From Camelus dromedarius (Eukaryota), in the NCBI RefSeq assembly GCF_036321535.1, contig NC_087437.1, forward strand, positions 27,964,001 to 28,028,000: a stretch of DNA of 64,000 bases, given 5' to 3'. Below, piece by piece: positions 1 to 14,400 of this stretch. The position numbers and the translations under genes are program-made. Positions within the stretch are counted from its first letter, which is position 1, and every line of letters begins with the position of its first letter. The notes beneath the pieces are model-generated. The model searched no databases. It was not told the origin of the DNA and was given only the letters and a program-made list of their open reading frames with translations.

Positions 1-3000
1 CATGGTGAATTGTTAAAGGCATTGTGTAGGCATTAAATTTCTATGCAGAAGAAATAAAAGTGGAACCCAATTTTATATGATAAATGAACAGTAAGTTCTA
101 TTAGTCTAACGATATGAATAATAAATCAAGAATAAATTAAACTTTGCAAGAAATTTTAGGTATTCACTATATGTCTGACTTACTCTATGGCAAGAAACAG
201 GTAATAATTTTCATTGCTGTCCATAAAGTTATCAGTGTTCTCGCAATGTGAAGCCTCCTACTATCGACCTCATGGGAAGTTGTCATCTTCCAAGCATCTC
301 TGAAGGGGCTGGCATATAACTGACTCAGAGCCCTTTGTGCACTAGGCAGCACCTTTTTGGGGTTGTACTAAAGGATGGGGATTTTAGTGTATGGTAGTAA
401 GGAGAGAGATTCTCGCAGTCTCAGCATGATGCTTTAGAACAGCGGGCACTGGCAGAAGAAGAGTCACTAGGGCCCAGGACAACATGGCAGATGTGGTACT
501 TGTAAGCTGCCTTCATCCTGTCTCTGCTTTCTCCCTCTTGCTCCTTTTCCCTTTATGCTAACATCTTAATATCTTGGCATTGCTTCTAGCTTCCTTTGAT
601 TCAAAATGGGGTTTTTTTTTTGCAACTCCTACTAGAAAAACCAGTGTTGTTGCTTTTAAAAATAAGACCAAATAATGCTATAAATTTAACTTCTATGTTT
701 CTTCTGTATTTCAATATAATTTGGCAAGGGAAGAGATTGGATGATGGGTTCTGCATGCCTCTAGAACAAGCAGCACCTGCTAGCTCATCTTTTGGAACAG
801 GTATGTCTATTTCTGGTATTACTCGAGAAAGATGTGGTAAAATCTCCTTCCCCCTTTCTGTTTATAGGGATTTATGTGGTCAACTGTTGTCTGCTTCTTT
901 ACTTGACTGAGGCTGGCATGTTCATGAACTGCATATTTGGTTTAGTAAATTATCTGTCCTAGGCCACTGCAGAGGAACTCAGGGCCTGGGAAAGAGACTG
1001 CAGGCTAAAAGTGTTCATCTGTTGGGGCTTGTCACTGCGAGACCAATTCTCTAAATACATACTAGAATTTCCAGCCCTAAATGGCACCAGCAATGACAAA
1101 TACTAGAAATGTGAGTGACAGAAGCTTTTATATAAGAAACTAAAAATCATGACATGGATGCTATAGGGAGTGAATGGTGGTTGGTTGTTTGCTGACTAAA
1201 TTTTAGAATGTATCTAAGATGAACATCTCTTTCCATACTAAGGTCATTGAACCTTTCCAATGAATAATACAATGTCTATTACAAAGATACAGGACACCTT
1301 CAGAAGGGAATCTGATTAAGAACTTTGGCTGGAGGGAGGGGACACTCTGGGCAATGATGACCCTGAAAGTCATCAACTCAGCAGTACTAAGCAAATTCTC
1401 ACTCTCTTATTTAGGAGTGAGGGAGCAGAGAAGGCTGACTCTGAACTAAGGAAAACTGCAAATAGAAAATGAATGTTAGGAAAAGGGATTCAGTCTTTTT
1501 TTTCCCCCCAAGGACCTTAAAAGACATATTGCTGAACGCTTGGAGCCAATGAGAAATCATTCATGTGGTGCTGTATTGCATCCAGAGGGCTCAGAACAAG
1601 AGTGGCAGAAACAGATGGAGTTCTGGAATGTACTACATGCTGACTGTCCCTCTGGGCTAGAGATAAAACTTTAAAACTAATACATCACTTGATGTTGATG
1701 TAAGATGGCAGATGGCAGATGACATCATGTCTTAATCCAAGACTTGTTCTTTCTGGAACCAGAGAGAAAGAGAGATGCTTCCTCCAGAGCTGCTTCTCAG
1801 AATCTCTTCAGATCCCATAGCCACTAGTCAAATCCTATCCTTACGGACTGAGTTTTAGAAGCCTGGAAATTTATTCATTGGCCCATCATTTTCAAGCTTA
1901 TAGTATTATGAGTAATAATGCAATAATATCTATCTGAGAGGTAATATTCAGCAATATGAACCTACTGGTAGGGTCAGATTTAAAAAAAAATTTTTAACCT
2001 AATTATGATATGGCCTGAGAATATGGTATTATAAGAATGTAATAAACCTCTTTAAAACATCAGATTTAATTACAAAGCTTAATATTAAACAAAATCAAAA
2101 CATTGTAGCTGTTAATATTACAAACATCAAGTTGATGTATAAATACTACAATGATTAATGAGGACTTGGAAAGGTCTGTGCCATTAAAGATCATTTTCAG
2201 ACTATCAAAAAATTATGACTCACATGCAGATATAAAAACGAACACATGTTAAAGACTGTATTAATTCATTCAGTGAGGAGACCAACCGGATGTTGTAACT
2301 CCTTGAAAAGAGAATTCAAAGGACCAATATAATAAAAAAAAAGCTCAAAGACAATGGGCAGTGGAGGTTGTGCTTAATGTAGGCAATGCATTGTTATAAA
2401 ATATTTCAAAGACCATCAAAGACTAGAGCCAGATAACCTAGAGACAGATACAGATGACCTAGAGAGTGATCTTTTAGGCAACATACAGTTTTTTGTTGAA
2501 GTACATTTTTTTCTATAGTGAAAAGAAAAGCAAGATGAAGATAAAGTTCTCTACTCTTTAAACCACAAGAACAATTTTGTAGGTGAACTATATCTGTAGG
2601 TATGTAGAGATGGATGGATAAGTCAACTGGAGAACTTTAGGAGGTGTGGTTAAAGCAACAATAGCAATCAGAAGTGAGACTACTGCAAAAATAAGACACC
2701 AGTTTTGAGGCTTAATCATCTGTTATTTAAAAGGACATGAGATGTGTGAAGTGATGATAATGATTATTTTCATCTGCATATGCCTATATGTTCAATCAGT
2801 TTTACTTGGTAGTTACTTTTATTATTAATGTTATCATAACAGATCAAATCAGCTGCTCTAAAGGCAAGGAGGTTTTGATTAAGTAAGGTGACAGCCTTTC
2901 AGCACTGCAGGAAGGGAATGATCTGAGAGGTGTGGTCACTGGGGAAATTCAGAACTCTGAAGGCCCGTGAAGGAGAGTGCAGAAAATGGGATGGAAGGCA

Positions 3001-4199
3001 CTTGAAGAATGTGACGCACTTTTAACTCTGGCTCAGCCCTGCATGCCATCCTGGTCCCTCAGGCAGCCTATGCTAATTTTAGAGAAAGTCTTAGAGCTCC
3101 TCATTCTAGACTCGGTAGACATGAGTGAGCATTCTTCCTACCAGCACCAGCTGTGGGCTTCGGATTTTATCGTTTCTCCTTCTTGCTGAAGTATCAGGGT
3201 ATGAGTCTACAGTTCCAGTAAGAGGTCAGGGCTTATGGATCTGGGAGCTTAGTTTGTGAATTTCTGCCCTCTGGTTTCAAGGTGATGAAGCAACAGGAAG
3301 ATAGTACATACTGCACTTTCTGCCAGGGGTTCCCTCACACACAATTCAGTGTCATCAGATCTTATGTGGATGACTGGGTGTCTTTCCAGTACCACTTCCC
3401 TGTCAACCTAACTACTCGAGGTCAGACACAGTTACCCTGAATAACTTTTATAGATGGATGAGCAAATAATTTATTGTACAAACTGAGATAATTGTAAATA
3501 TGAGGTGGGGAATAAGCTGGGATGGCCTCAGGCAGGAGGAGCACAAGGTCTCCTGACAAAGTGTGTAACATTTCCCCAGCTCCCTCAGCATAAAGCTCAG
3601 ATTCCTGTGTGACTTGTGGAGCCTGAATTTATCTCCAGGCTTATCTCTGTGTTCTTGGCTGTTCCCTATAGTTAGGCAACCAAACCCAAACTTTTCAGGT
3701 GACTCCTGACCTTTCTTTCTGCAAGGAAGGTGCTACCTCTTACCCACAAGCGCCACAAACACCTGAGGATTATCTATTCAAATAGCTCTAATTCACTTCT
3801 TAAGAGATTCTTACCTCCTCTATGATAGCTTTTGCTGACCCTTTCTCAGGTCACCTGAGAATTTCTCAGAATTCACTACTAAAATAAAAGGGGGGAAAAA
3901 GTGTACGCAAACACACATGCACATCAATTCATATGTATAGACTCTATCTCTTTACAGCTGTTTCTTCAGTTACTGCCTCCGTGGTTAGTGGCAAGGAAAA
4001 AAGGACAGTCTACCACAGATGCATAAGTCATATATTTTGAGATGTTTTTCATTTTGATAATAAAAATTTTGAATATACATTTTTCTCTGAGTGCTGTTTG
4101 AAAGGCTTTCTGCACTTTTTGATATCTACTTATTCTAAATATTTTCTATTTCAATTGAGTCTTACTTGATATTTGAGTTTAGACATTAAAAAAAATTTT

Positions 4200-6050
4200 T
4201 TTAACCTAAATATAATATTATTACCCGACTCTGAATCCCTAGGAAATCTAGTTTATTCTCGCACAATTTAAAACATGGTGTATCTTTTCAAATCTCTTTT
4301 AATCTACAGGTACACTTGATTCCTAATTTACCTGTTGAAGAACCTGGGCCATTAGACTTTCAGGGCTTCCTGAAGTCGGGATTTCACTGATTGCACACTC
4401 CTTTGCAGTTTACCATGTTTTTCCGTCTTCTATATTTCCTGTGAATTAATCAGTTGGAATACAGAGGCTTGATCAGATTCAGGTTCAATCTTTTTGACAA
4501 GAATATACATGGTGGAGTTTTCTTTTATTAAGAACAGAATTGTCTCTTTTCTCATGTTAGAAGCCACCGAGGCTCAAAGTACAGATTGATTAATTCACTG
4601 GAGATTGCAAAATGATGTTTTAATTTGATTATTTTACTTTTACACATTGTATCTGGAAATTTTTATACAAGATGATCAGGCTGATGTATTATTTAGTTAT
4701 CAATGGCTCATTTCATATAAGAAAGGTAGGAAAATTGTTGATTATTTCCTTTTACCTGTCTACTTTTCAAGATTATGAATTGATTCCCTGTTATCTTCAG
4801 AATTCAACCAATTAATTAAAAATAATATATCAGTATGGACCCAAGGATTTAACACTATTTTATTGATTAATTACTTATTAAAGTAGCTCACATTTTCCCA
4901 TTTGGGGCCAGTGGAAGCTCTTTTCAGTCCACTCAATATGACTTTGGAAGTCATTGAGATCTTCCTTGCAGTCTGGTATGCCAATATTTTTCAGGCTCAT
5001 CTTATATATTCCTTAAAACTGATTTAGAATTAGCCATTTATCCAGAAATCCCTGGTTTCCTGTTAATATCTGATTTATGTCAATGGTGATATTTCAATAC
5101 CACAATCTGAGCACTAAGTTTTTTTCAGTGAACAAAACTAGGAATTTTACACAAAGGCACACTTTAAAAGATAAAGTAATTCTTGATTTCTTTCTGGTAT
5201 TTCCAGCTCAAATTCAAGGGTTGTTACTTAATCTCTTTTATATCACAACTCGTTTTTCCACACTGTTACATCTATTCTTTGTCATGTGTGGCCACTGAAG
5301 TCTCTGCTTAGTTAGCTTAGTGGTCAGATAATAATTGGACAGAGATCTCCTTAAATGCCTAGAACCAATAAGGCTCCAAGCCTTTTCTGAGAATCTGTGT
5401 GTGTACTGGGGCATACTTTCAGTGCTCAAGGAAGGCAGTTTATTACCCTTCCTTAGCTATCACTTCCAGCTTGTGAGGAGTTTTGAAGTGAGCCAGAGAT
5501 TAGAACTTAGAGCTTTCTCAGATTTTTCCAAGGCATTTGCACAGCTCTTTACATGCACGTGGCCTTTTAGATCCCCGCTTTATTAGGCAAAAACAATCTA
5601 CTGGAAAGTACATCAATGCTAGTACGAAAACAGAGTTCAGATGATATTAACTGCAAAGGGGCTTAAGGAAACTTTCAAGTGATAGAATTGTCATATATTC
5701 TTTATTCTGATAGAGAGTTATACAGGTGTATATGTTTAGAAAAACTATTATAATTTATACTTAAGTGGGTAAATTTTACCTAAATCTTTAACTAAAAATG
5801 AAGGCTGATAACTTTCAAAACTGATGAAATCCATAAAACAGGGTATATAAGGATGCTCTATGCTATACACATCATGATATAACCACTGAAAACTAAAGTC
5901 AGAAATAACAAAACACAGAGACATAAAGGTAGATAATCTTCAAATCAAAGAAGCAATAATTAGATGAAAGCTGGCCTCACAACAGAAACAGTAACAAAGT
6001 AATAAAATAAGTGCTGAAAAAAAGTAACTGTCAACACAGAATTCCACTCT
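4200..6050. mobile_element. Cluster of old L1 fragments of mixed orientation
   Basis: L1MC/MD-like 3' UTR text (gaattagccatttatccagaaatccctggtttcc) and an L1 3' end at ~5600-5790. Confidence 0.5.
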
Positions 6051-7070
6051 CCACGATATAGAGGTGTGGGAAAGGGCATCCAAAACTCCACAGATATTAG
6101 TCAGCTGATGTGTGATGCAAATCTGTGGGGGAACGAAAAAGAACAGTTTATTCTGAACTGTGTGCGTGGTGTTTCATAACCTCACAAACCAAAAGCCATG
6201 CCTAGGGCATTCAGGAAAGACTGCACCACACATCAATAAAAAATAAGCATTTTAATAATTAAGTTAATGATAGGCTTTGAAATTAATATGTACATTTTCA
6301 AGAGGTCAAACATATACTTATGTTGATTGACCCCTGATTGGATTGAATTCTATCTCTAAAAATTACTTTCCCCTAAGTACTGATCCCTGATCGATAAGCC
6401 TGAGAATTGTGGGTTTACTGATCTGTGACTGTTCATCTATTTACTAGGTCCTGACACATCAAACAGAAAATCTCCAGTTCCTCACATCTCTAAAGAACCT
6501 CCTGGTGACCAGCTTTATGGGCAGATCTCTCTCAGGCCCTCAGGATGCAGCAGGTATGAGTCCAATATCTGTACGTGATGTTTCCTGCCACTCTAGGCTA
6601 AATCCTTGGTTAGATTAATTTTAAATACCACTTAACCATATGAACAAAGTCACTATATAACCCTTGAGAAAAAAAAGAAAACCTGTTTGTTTTCTGAGAT
6701 GCTTTTATTGAGACTTGTGGTACTTCAGTCTAATAAAAAGTTCCAGCTTAATGAATGGTAGAGCTTGGACAAGACCCTACACCCCCTATCTTTTGGCCCA
6801 AAGCTTGGTCCATTACAAGCAGGTTTTGTTTACATGGTTTGTAACCCATGCTAACAGCATTACCCTGGATTTTGACTAGATAACAGCTTTTTTTTTTTTT
6901 TAACTTCTTACAAAATGTTGCAACAAACCAATCACAAAGTGTACTTCGTGATTTATTTAGAGATGTCATTTAGGCACTGATTAGGATCTTGATAACAAAT
7001 CTGTTTTGGACTGATGATAGCATCACAGGGTGAAGAAACACTGTGGGAACTTTTAACCGTCTGCTAATAA

Positions 7071-7100
7071 TATAAATAGGAATTGACGTGTTACGTATAT
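7071..7100 (+). promoter_or_regulatory. Candidate core promoter of the AADACL2-like gene (TATA box plus bZIP-type sites)
   Basis: TATAAA at 7071-7076, followed by TGACGT and TTACGTA, ~220 bp upstream of the ATG. Confidence 0.35.
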
Positions 7101-7290
7101 CTCAGAGTCTATGTATTCACAAGTTTCTACTGATGCTGTACTGTTTACATTAAAAATTAGCCTCTTGTTTTTCAGATGATAATATTACCTGAAAGCATTC
7201 TTAGTCTTTGTTCGTTCTGCTACTTATTATTCAGTAATTACGAAAAAATTTTAATCTCAGCACTGTGAAGAGACTGGAAAAAGGGACAGT

Positions 7291-7428
7291 ATGGGATTCA
7301 AAGCTCTCTGTTTGGGGTTACTGTGTGTTCTCTTTGCCTCTCATATTTATATACCCACATCGGGCAACATGGAAGAGCACTGGGAAGTAACAACCTTGGA
7401 TATAATTACTAAAACCTGTACATTTATG
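7291..7428 (+). pseudogene. AADACL2: AADACL2-like exon 1 (138 bp, N-terminal signal anchor)
   Basis: MGFKALCLGLLCVLFASHIYIPTSGNMEEHWEVTTLDIITKTCTFM, then donor GTAAGA at 7429. Confidence 0.93.
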
Positions 7429-8704
7429 GTAAGATTAACATTTTTTTTCTCCTGGTTATTGGGATGCCTTGTTGACTAAAACGCAGTGCTTATGAACTTT
7501 CTATTAATTACTGTTTTAAAATTGCTTGTTTATTAGAATAAATGGATGACATAAAATTAAGTAAATAAAAGTTGCTACATCTTTGCAAAAGAGAGAATTC
7601 TTGCAAGGATTTTATGTCTAAATGTAAAGACATCATATATTGTGACATACATAAATAAATGCTTTGAAATTTATTTGATAACTTGAATTACATTTGAGTT
7701 TTTAGGGACAGTCTAGTTCCATAATTATCTTATAGGTTATAGATACAGATCACTGATGTTTGTACCTGTTTGATGTCAATTTAGAGCTCTTACTATCTCA
7801 ATAGCTTCCATTTACCATCTTCATTTCTAAACTGCTGGATTTCAGGGATTCCACAGGGAGGACTGAGTTCAAGCTCCTTGGCAAGGGGGAGATGTGGTTT
7901 GAAGCTGACCACATTTTTGAGCTCTTACAATGTATAAACTTTCTATAATATTAACTCCACTCATCCTCATTATCCTCCAGTTATTTTACCAGTTTCTAGA
8001 GGAGGAAAAATATGCTCAGAAAAGCTCATGCAGCTATAAGGTGACAACTTCAGAATTTAAACCCAGGTCTACCCCATTTCAAAATGAGTATTCTTTCTGG
8101 GCAACCAGAAAGATTCTTTAATGAGAATAACCAATAGGAAGCTGAAGGAGAAAATAAAAACAGCAGAAGATGATCAGGGAAGAGAGAGTAATCCACATTA
8201 TAAGAGGGAGAGGCTGTTCCACGGTGCTTTGTACAGCAGACTACAGTCCTGTGAAACCACAGCCAATTCCTACCTGTGTCTGTTAAATTCTTATATTTTT
8301 CTCTCTGATCACTTTTAGAGACTTACGTTTGCCATTACTGTCTCTTTCTCCAATGCTTTTACTCCTTGATTTAATAAAATGAAAGAATATGTGGGTAAGC
8401 AAGTGTCAGCTCCAACAAACTGTGAAATTATCTTTTTTGATTAGTTATGTCTTAAAACTCAGTGACTGACACTGATATTATCATCAAAATTACAATAATA
8501 GCAGAACATCCAACTCTAAAATTTGACTTTCACTTTCTCAGCTAAAAACTATCCTCACATTGTTCATCTATAATAAAATTATTCACTTTATGTATCTGAT
8601 ATTGTAGATGGGTTACCCTTTATTTAAAAAAAATAAGAAAAGCATCCACATAATTACTTTAAAGATTATTCTAGTAAAAGTAACAATCATTGGCTTTTCT
8701 TAAA

Positions 8705-8734
8705 TAAAATAAATAAAATAAAATAAAATAAAAA
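8705..8734. repeat. (TAAAA)n repeat
   Basis: Directly visible. Confidence 0.85.
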
Positions 8735-9309
8735 CGATTTTATTCTTGTCAGTACTGAATTTTGTAACTCAAAGTTGTTATACCATTAAGAAAGATTAAC
8801 TTTTTAATATATAAAGGGGATATAAAAATTAAAGTTTTTGATAAAGTGGCCTTTGAAAAATAAATGCATTACCATGTATTTATATGTTAAATTGGAAGGC
8901 AGAATTTTATAGAAGAAAACATTCCCAACCCTGAAAATTTTCCTTAACTCATGTATATTTTTTACCTATAAAATGGCAATACTAATAATAAACACTTAAC
9001 AGAACTGCTCTGAGAATTAAAGATTATGAATGCTAAAGCTTCTAGTAAAATAATCTCTAAAGTGGTAGCTTTTGTTATTGTTCAAAAATACTTAAGTTAT
9101 CTGTTCAAAACCAGAAAATATCTGAGAAATGAGAAACAAGGCAATTTGCCAAAAATCTAACTTTTAAATACCAATTCAACAAAATGAAAAATTAGCTTCA
9201 TTTACCCATTTACCAAAAACTTACATTAAGGGATATTCTACTTGATTATGTTCAATTAGCATGAAAACACTTAAGAATTCTTCTTAGTGAAGAATTATAA
9301 AATAAGACA

Positions 9310-9480
9310 AGGTTCATTGAATACTTCAGTGTGCCAGGCACACTTTTTGTGTGCATAAGAAGTTCTAACTCACCTACTACAACCCATTGAGGGATTTATT
9401 ATTAGAACTGTACAGACAAGGAAACTGAAGTACAGAGAGTAATTTGTTTAAGATCATATAGCCAGTAAGTGGTGGTAAAA
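9310..9480 (-). mobile_element. MIR SINE
   Basis: gtgtgccaggcac...acagacaaggaaactgaagtacagagag...aagatcatatagccagtaagtgg. Confidence 0.65.
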
Positions 9481-10269
9481 AAGCATGGTCTAGAAAAATG
9501 GGCGCAATTCTGGCTTTGACATTTACTGGCTGCAACTTAAGAGTTTAGGCATACTTCCTCATCATTAAAGTATGAGGATTAAATGTTCTCCAAGACCCTG
9601 TAATACCTTAAACTCTCTGGAATAACCGTAGTAATAAAGGCTGCTTAGTGTACTATTGACCATGTCATTTTTAAGGTTTTTCCTTTGAGTAAACTGTATA
9701 GTGACATGTCACAAAGGTCCTAGAGAAGCTGGTTAGAAATATTAAAAGAGCTTTTTTTAAATGATATCAAATAGGGGATTGTGGGAGTAGGGGTGGAGGA
9801 CAAAGAACAGGAGTCTATTTGGAGAGGAAAACCAGGACATTTGAATCATTAGCAGTGTGGTCATAAAATTTTGGATTAAGTGAAATGCACAATAAAAAAA
9901 TAAAAATATGACAGCATGCCTACAAAAAAAAAAGAAAAGAAAAGAAAAAAATGATAGTTGTAAGACCTGGACATTTTTCAGACAAAAATTTATAATTAAG
10001 AAATAATTACAACAGGTATTTTAAAAAAGCTACCAGTAAATTGACAGCTTTTGAATGACTTAATTATTAATCTAAAATATAGAATACTTGAGATATTTGA
10101 AGGCAATAAGTTTATGCAATAAATCAATACAATGTTATTTTGGAATAATTTTTAGAAACATCCTATTTCTGTTTATTTTGCTAAAGTTTTCTTCTTTTAT
10201 TTCCTCTTTAGATGCATTTAACGTTTATTTGAAGATGAAAATATTTATAATTTTGTTTTGCTCTTACAG

Positions 10270-10492
10270 GCTAAGTGTTTTGAAAATATAGGTATTATGA
10301 GATATGAAGAGTTTATTTCCATGATGTTTAGGCTGGATTATACCCATCCACTTTCAGATGAAAACCTCACCATGACTGATACAAAATTTAATGACATTCC
10401 AGTACATTTGTACTTGCCAAAGAGAAAGTCAGAAATCCCAAGATGAGCTGTAATCAATATTCACAGTGATGCTTTTTGTTTTGGAAGTTTCA
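10270..10492 (+). pseudogene. AADACL2: AADACL2-like exon 2 (223 bp) with premature TGA
   Basis: Acceptor ttacag at 10269. AKCFENIGIMRYEEFISMMFRLDYTHPLSDENLTMTDTKFNDIPVHLYLPKRKSEIPR*AVINIHSDAFCFGSF. Donor GTAAGT at 10493. Confidence 0.93.
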
Positions 10493-11734
10493 GTAAGTTC
10501 ATCATATAAGGAAAAAGTCTAACTGGCTATCTGATTTTGATATAGGAACTATTCAATATTGAATGTAAATATACCTAATTATGTATCCATGCATATATGC
10601 AAACTTATATGTATAATATGTATACATATAGCTATAAATATTAGATATTCAATAGAGAGTTAGACATATGTTTGATTAAAATATCATGGAGGTTGTGACT
10701 TCTGTTTTTGTTTTGTTTTACTTTTTGGTAAGTATTTTCTTCTCAGTTTTTATACTGAATGAACTTATAGCAAATGAAAGTAGGATGTGAACACAAATCA
10801 AATCGTAAAACTTTTTATCTTTGGGATCAGAATATATTCAGGAGCAGAAACACTGAAGTGATACAGATGTTTTACATGCAAATCAGAAGCATATGTTGTT
10901 GGTTGCTAGAAGATCAAGTTTGTAGGTACTCCTAAATAATGCTAACAGTGGTAAAGCTTAGAATGGTCACTAGTCTCTATTCAAAAAGGAAAGCACAAAA
11001 TAGACCTAAGTTAGAATAAGCTCTTCCCTAGTCTAGTTTGCCTACTTATCTCTGGTAATGATTCTAAGAAGCATATACAGCAGATTCAAAATAAAAACAT
11101 GTAGAAATTTACCTTTATGAAAATTCTGGAAAGCTATCATAGATTGGTGCTGTATAGGGAGACCCAAATAATAAAATTAAATAAATGAATAGAATTGAGC
11201 AAAGATACACAGGTAATAAATTACTTTTTAAATGCATTTAATTTTTTTCTTTCATTTTTTTGTTTAATTTGGTTCTAAATAGTTTGAGAACCTTATGAAG
11301 ATATATGAAATATAGCAAGCTACACTTAAACAAATATTAGCATTGAAGATTAGTCAAAGAGACAATAAGCATGGAAAATTAAGAAGGCACAAAGACTCAT
11401 TAATACACAGAACGCTGAAATGATTAGGCTGCAATTCTGGCTTTCTAGTTTTCTCCTCCCCAGTTTTCTGACAACTAACATATTGCGGAAAAAAACATAT
11501 TATCAGCTACAAATTTCACAGTGACTTGTCCAAAGAAAATGATTGGGTGACTCAAATAGAGGTTAAAGATTTTATTCAGTGGATGGGCCTGAGGGAGCAC
11601 TTGAAGACCACAGGACTCCTCAATTGAAGAAGAATGATGGTTTTATCATTTTTTTTTCTTTTACAGGTTGGGGAAAATTGAGTGTATGTCCTTTTAGGTT
11701 CAGCTCAAGCAGCATATTCAACTTAAAAAAAATG

Positions 11735-11882
11735 GGTTTTTTTAGGTTTTTTTTTTTCAATGGGGCAGGCTAGGAGGTAATTAGGTTTACTTATTTATTT
11801 TTAGAAGAGGTACTGGGGATTGAACCCAGGGCCTTGTGCATACTAAGCATGCACCTTACCAGTTCAGCTATACCCACCCCCT
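11735..11882 (-). mobile_element. tRNA-derived SINE (Vic-1-like, camelid)
   Basis: Antisense B box ggggattgaacccagg, T-rich tail, flanking repeat agcatattcaactt / agtacattcaactt. Confidence 0.8.
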
Positions 11883-12579
11883 TTAGTACATTCAACTTTA
11901 ATGAAAACTCATGGGTGGAGATGGGTCCTGTGTTGATGATCCTTGCCTGATTTGACTGGTAGAATCCTGAAAACCATCACAATATTACTGCTTTTGCAAG
12001 CCTTATGTCTTGCCAGCTACTCAAAATTCAGAGGGTAGGGAAGGTAGGTAGTAATATAGTAAAACTAAGGGGGCAAATGTAGAAGGCCAAGGGAAATAGG
12101 GCCCCCCTATCATGTTTGTTTTATTCTTTTTAGTCTATAAAGTGAAAAATGAACAAGGTATAAAACACGAAACGACAATTTCCAAAGCTGAAATGAGACT
12201 CTGGCCATAGGAAAAGATTTTCTATTATACGATGAACATCTTAAAACTCCTTACAGTCAGCTATTGATTTTTATAAACATCCTTATACATTTAGGCAGAT
12301 AGTATGACTCCAAGCATATAATTAGTAAAAGCAATTCTAGAAGCATGTAACATGATGCAGTAAAAGTAAACACTCCTGAGGGATGTGATTCAGAGGTGAA
12401 TTTTATAATATCTAGGGAAGCAGGTGTTCTGCATATGCTTCAGAAATCCTTATAAAAATTGTTTTCCTTCTCAAAGCTTTTGAAAGAACCTGAAAAAGTG
12501 AATTCCAAAGCACACACTAGGACAAGGAAGAGAAGAATCGTTGTTTTCTACTGCCAGTAAGGTATAAAGTCTTTAAGAT

Positions 12580-12745
12580 AATGCTTCTCAAGTTTTAGTG
12601 CCTCAGAATCAGCATAGAAGACTTGTTAAAAGATTGTTTGACTCAGTAAGTCTATGGTGGGGCCTGATAATTTGCATTTCAAGTTATAAATTAGGCTCCA
12701 GTTACTGTTGGTGCTGCTGATCCAGACATCACACTGTGCTAGACT
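12580..12745. mobile_element. MER5A-like hAT-Charlie MITE
   Basis: ttctcaag...cagaatca...tgactcagtaagtct...ggggcctga...tttgcattt signature. Confidence 0.6.
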
Positions 12746-13389
12746 CTCTCTGGTGATCAATGCCGCCTGTAGCCGTGTTCTGGCTCAAAAACTGTTCAGA
12801 GTGTCTAGTCAGCTCTGTCTCTCATTTTTCTCCATAAAGATTCTGAGTCTGTGTCACTCCAGGTTCCTAGTGCTTCCCAGTCAACCAGATCAATCTTATT
12901 GCTATTTGACAGGAAACAGAAGATATGAGGGATTGTGTGCCCTCAAATTTTTGAATCTTTCATCCTTAGCTCAATCCTCCTTTCTATAAATTTGTTACCA
13001 GCTATACCTACCTCTAGCTTCCTTCTTTCTAATACTCACAGAGGAAGAGGCATTTCTTCTTTTGACAAAATTAGTCTTTCTACTTTTTTTTTGCTATCAT
13101 ACAGCTCTTATCCTATTATTTGACTTCATCAGAGTATCTCTATAAATCCTCTGTCTTAATATTTTTTGTTTTTTAGTTCTGAAATGATTCCTCCTAAGCA
13201 TGTTATTGTATCCTAAACATTCTTATCTCAAAAAAACTTTCCCTACTTGACCATGAATTCCTCTCCCTGATTAGTCCCTTATCGTTTTGCTTTCCTTCCC
13301 AGATTCATTTCTATACATAGAGGCTCTAGTCCTTCCCTATTTCCTTGTTTTCCCACCTTTAATTAATTCCTGAAGCTCCATAATCCACT

Positions 13390-14400
13390 GCATTTGATGA
13401 ACACCACTCTTTTCTCCTCTTTGACATCCACTGCCCTTCCCTTTGTTTTTTATGACAAAATATCCCCTAGATTTCCTCTGCCAGTCGTTTTCCCAGTCAG
13501 TCCCTCTTTCTCTCTCTTCCCCGACTTAAAAACAAAACAAAATGAACAAAATAACAGATTTTCCATATCTACTCTTCATGAATATTCTTGTCCCCCAGAA
13601 CTCTTTCCTGACCTTCCAATTATGACTCTATGTACTCTGTTTTCCAGTCCCTCGTCTTCTCCAAATTCCCACGTGCTACTAACATCCAGTTCTGAATCTC
13701 CTTCTCTTATGTGATTCCTGAGTTCTGGATCCATAGATACAACTATCAATTAGACATTTATGACTGGATTAACCACAGACATTTCAACCTCAATATGACC
13801 AAACACAATTCATTATCTTATATCCAAACAGCCTTAGACAACAAACAAATTAAAAAACCACCACCCATCCAAATCAACATCTCATCCTCTTGAATGCTTT
13901 CAGTAAGTAACAATTATGGTCAACTAGTTACTGTTGCTTAACACCCACATTAAATTACCATGTCCCATTCATTCCACTTCTGAACATCTTGACCTCATTA
14001 ACACATTTGTGTTACTTCATGATCCTTTGCAGATACTCCTTTCTGATGTCTCTACCTATTCCCTGCTCAACTTTATTTTATTTTCTACATTTAGTGCTCT
14101 GGATCATTCTGACATGCAGGTCTGGTCATATGACCAGACCAGAAGGCTTTGTCTAAATTCTTCCGTGATTCTCATCACTGTATAAAATAAATGTCTAAAT
14201 CCTTTACAATAGTGTTCACATTTCCAGGTTCTCACATTCTTTAACTTTTTCTTGCCAGTACTGTTCCCTGTAATTTTGTTTCTACCATATTAAGCTGCTG
14301 GTCGTTCCCCAAACACATGTATTCTCATAAATCTTTCTCTGTGCTCTAGAATGCCCTTCCCACTTACTTCAAGAAAACTCTTACTCACACTTTTATGTTT
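13390..14400 (+). mobile_element. Degraded L2 LINE
   Basis: C/T-rich with the L2 motif acagacatttcaacctcaatatgaccaaac. Confidence 0.55.

Noticed and set aside
1..450. 3' end of an upstream AADAC-family gene at the window start
   Set aside because: The translation attempted (first frame) shows no similarity to the family C-terminus; not exhaustively tested.
3843..3861. Palindrome TTCTCAGGT-C-ACCTGAGAA
   Set aside because: A 9-bp arm is plausible by chance in 64 kb and has no supporting context.
11810..11882. tRNA genes at 11810-11882 and 28280-28352
   Set aside because: Degenerate A/B boxes with A-rich tails and TSDs identify them as SINEs.
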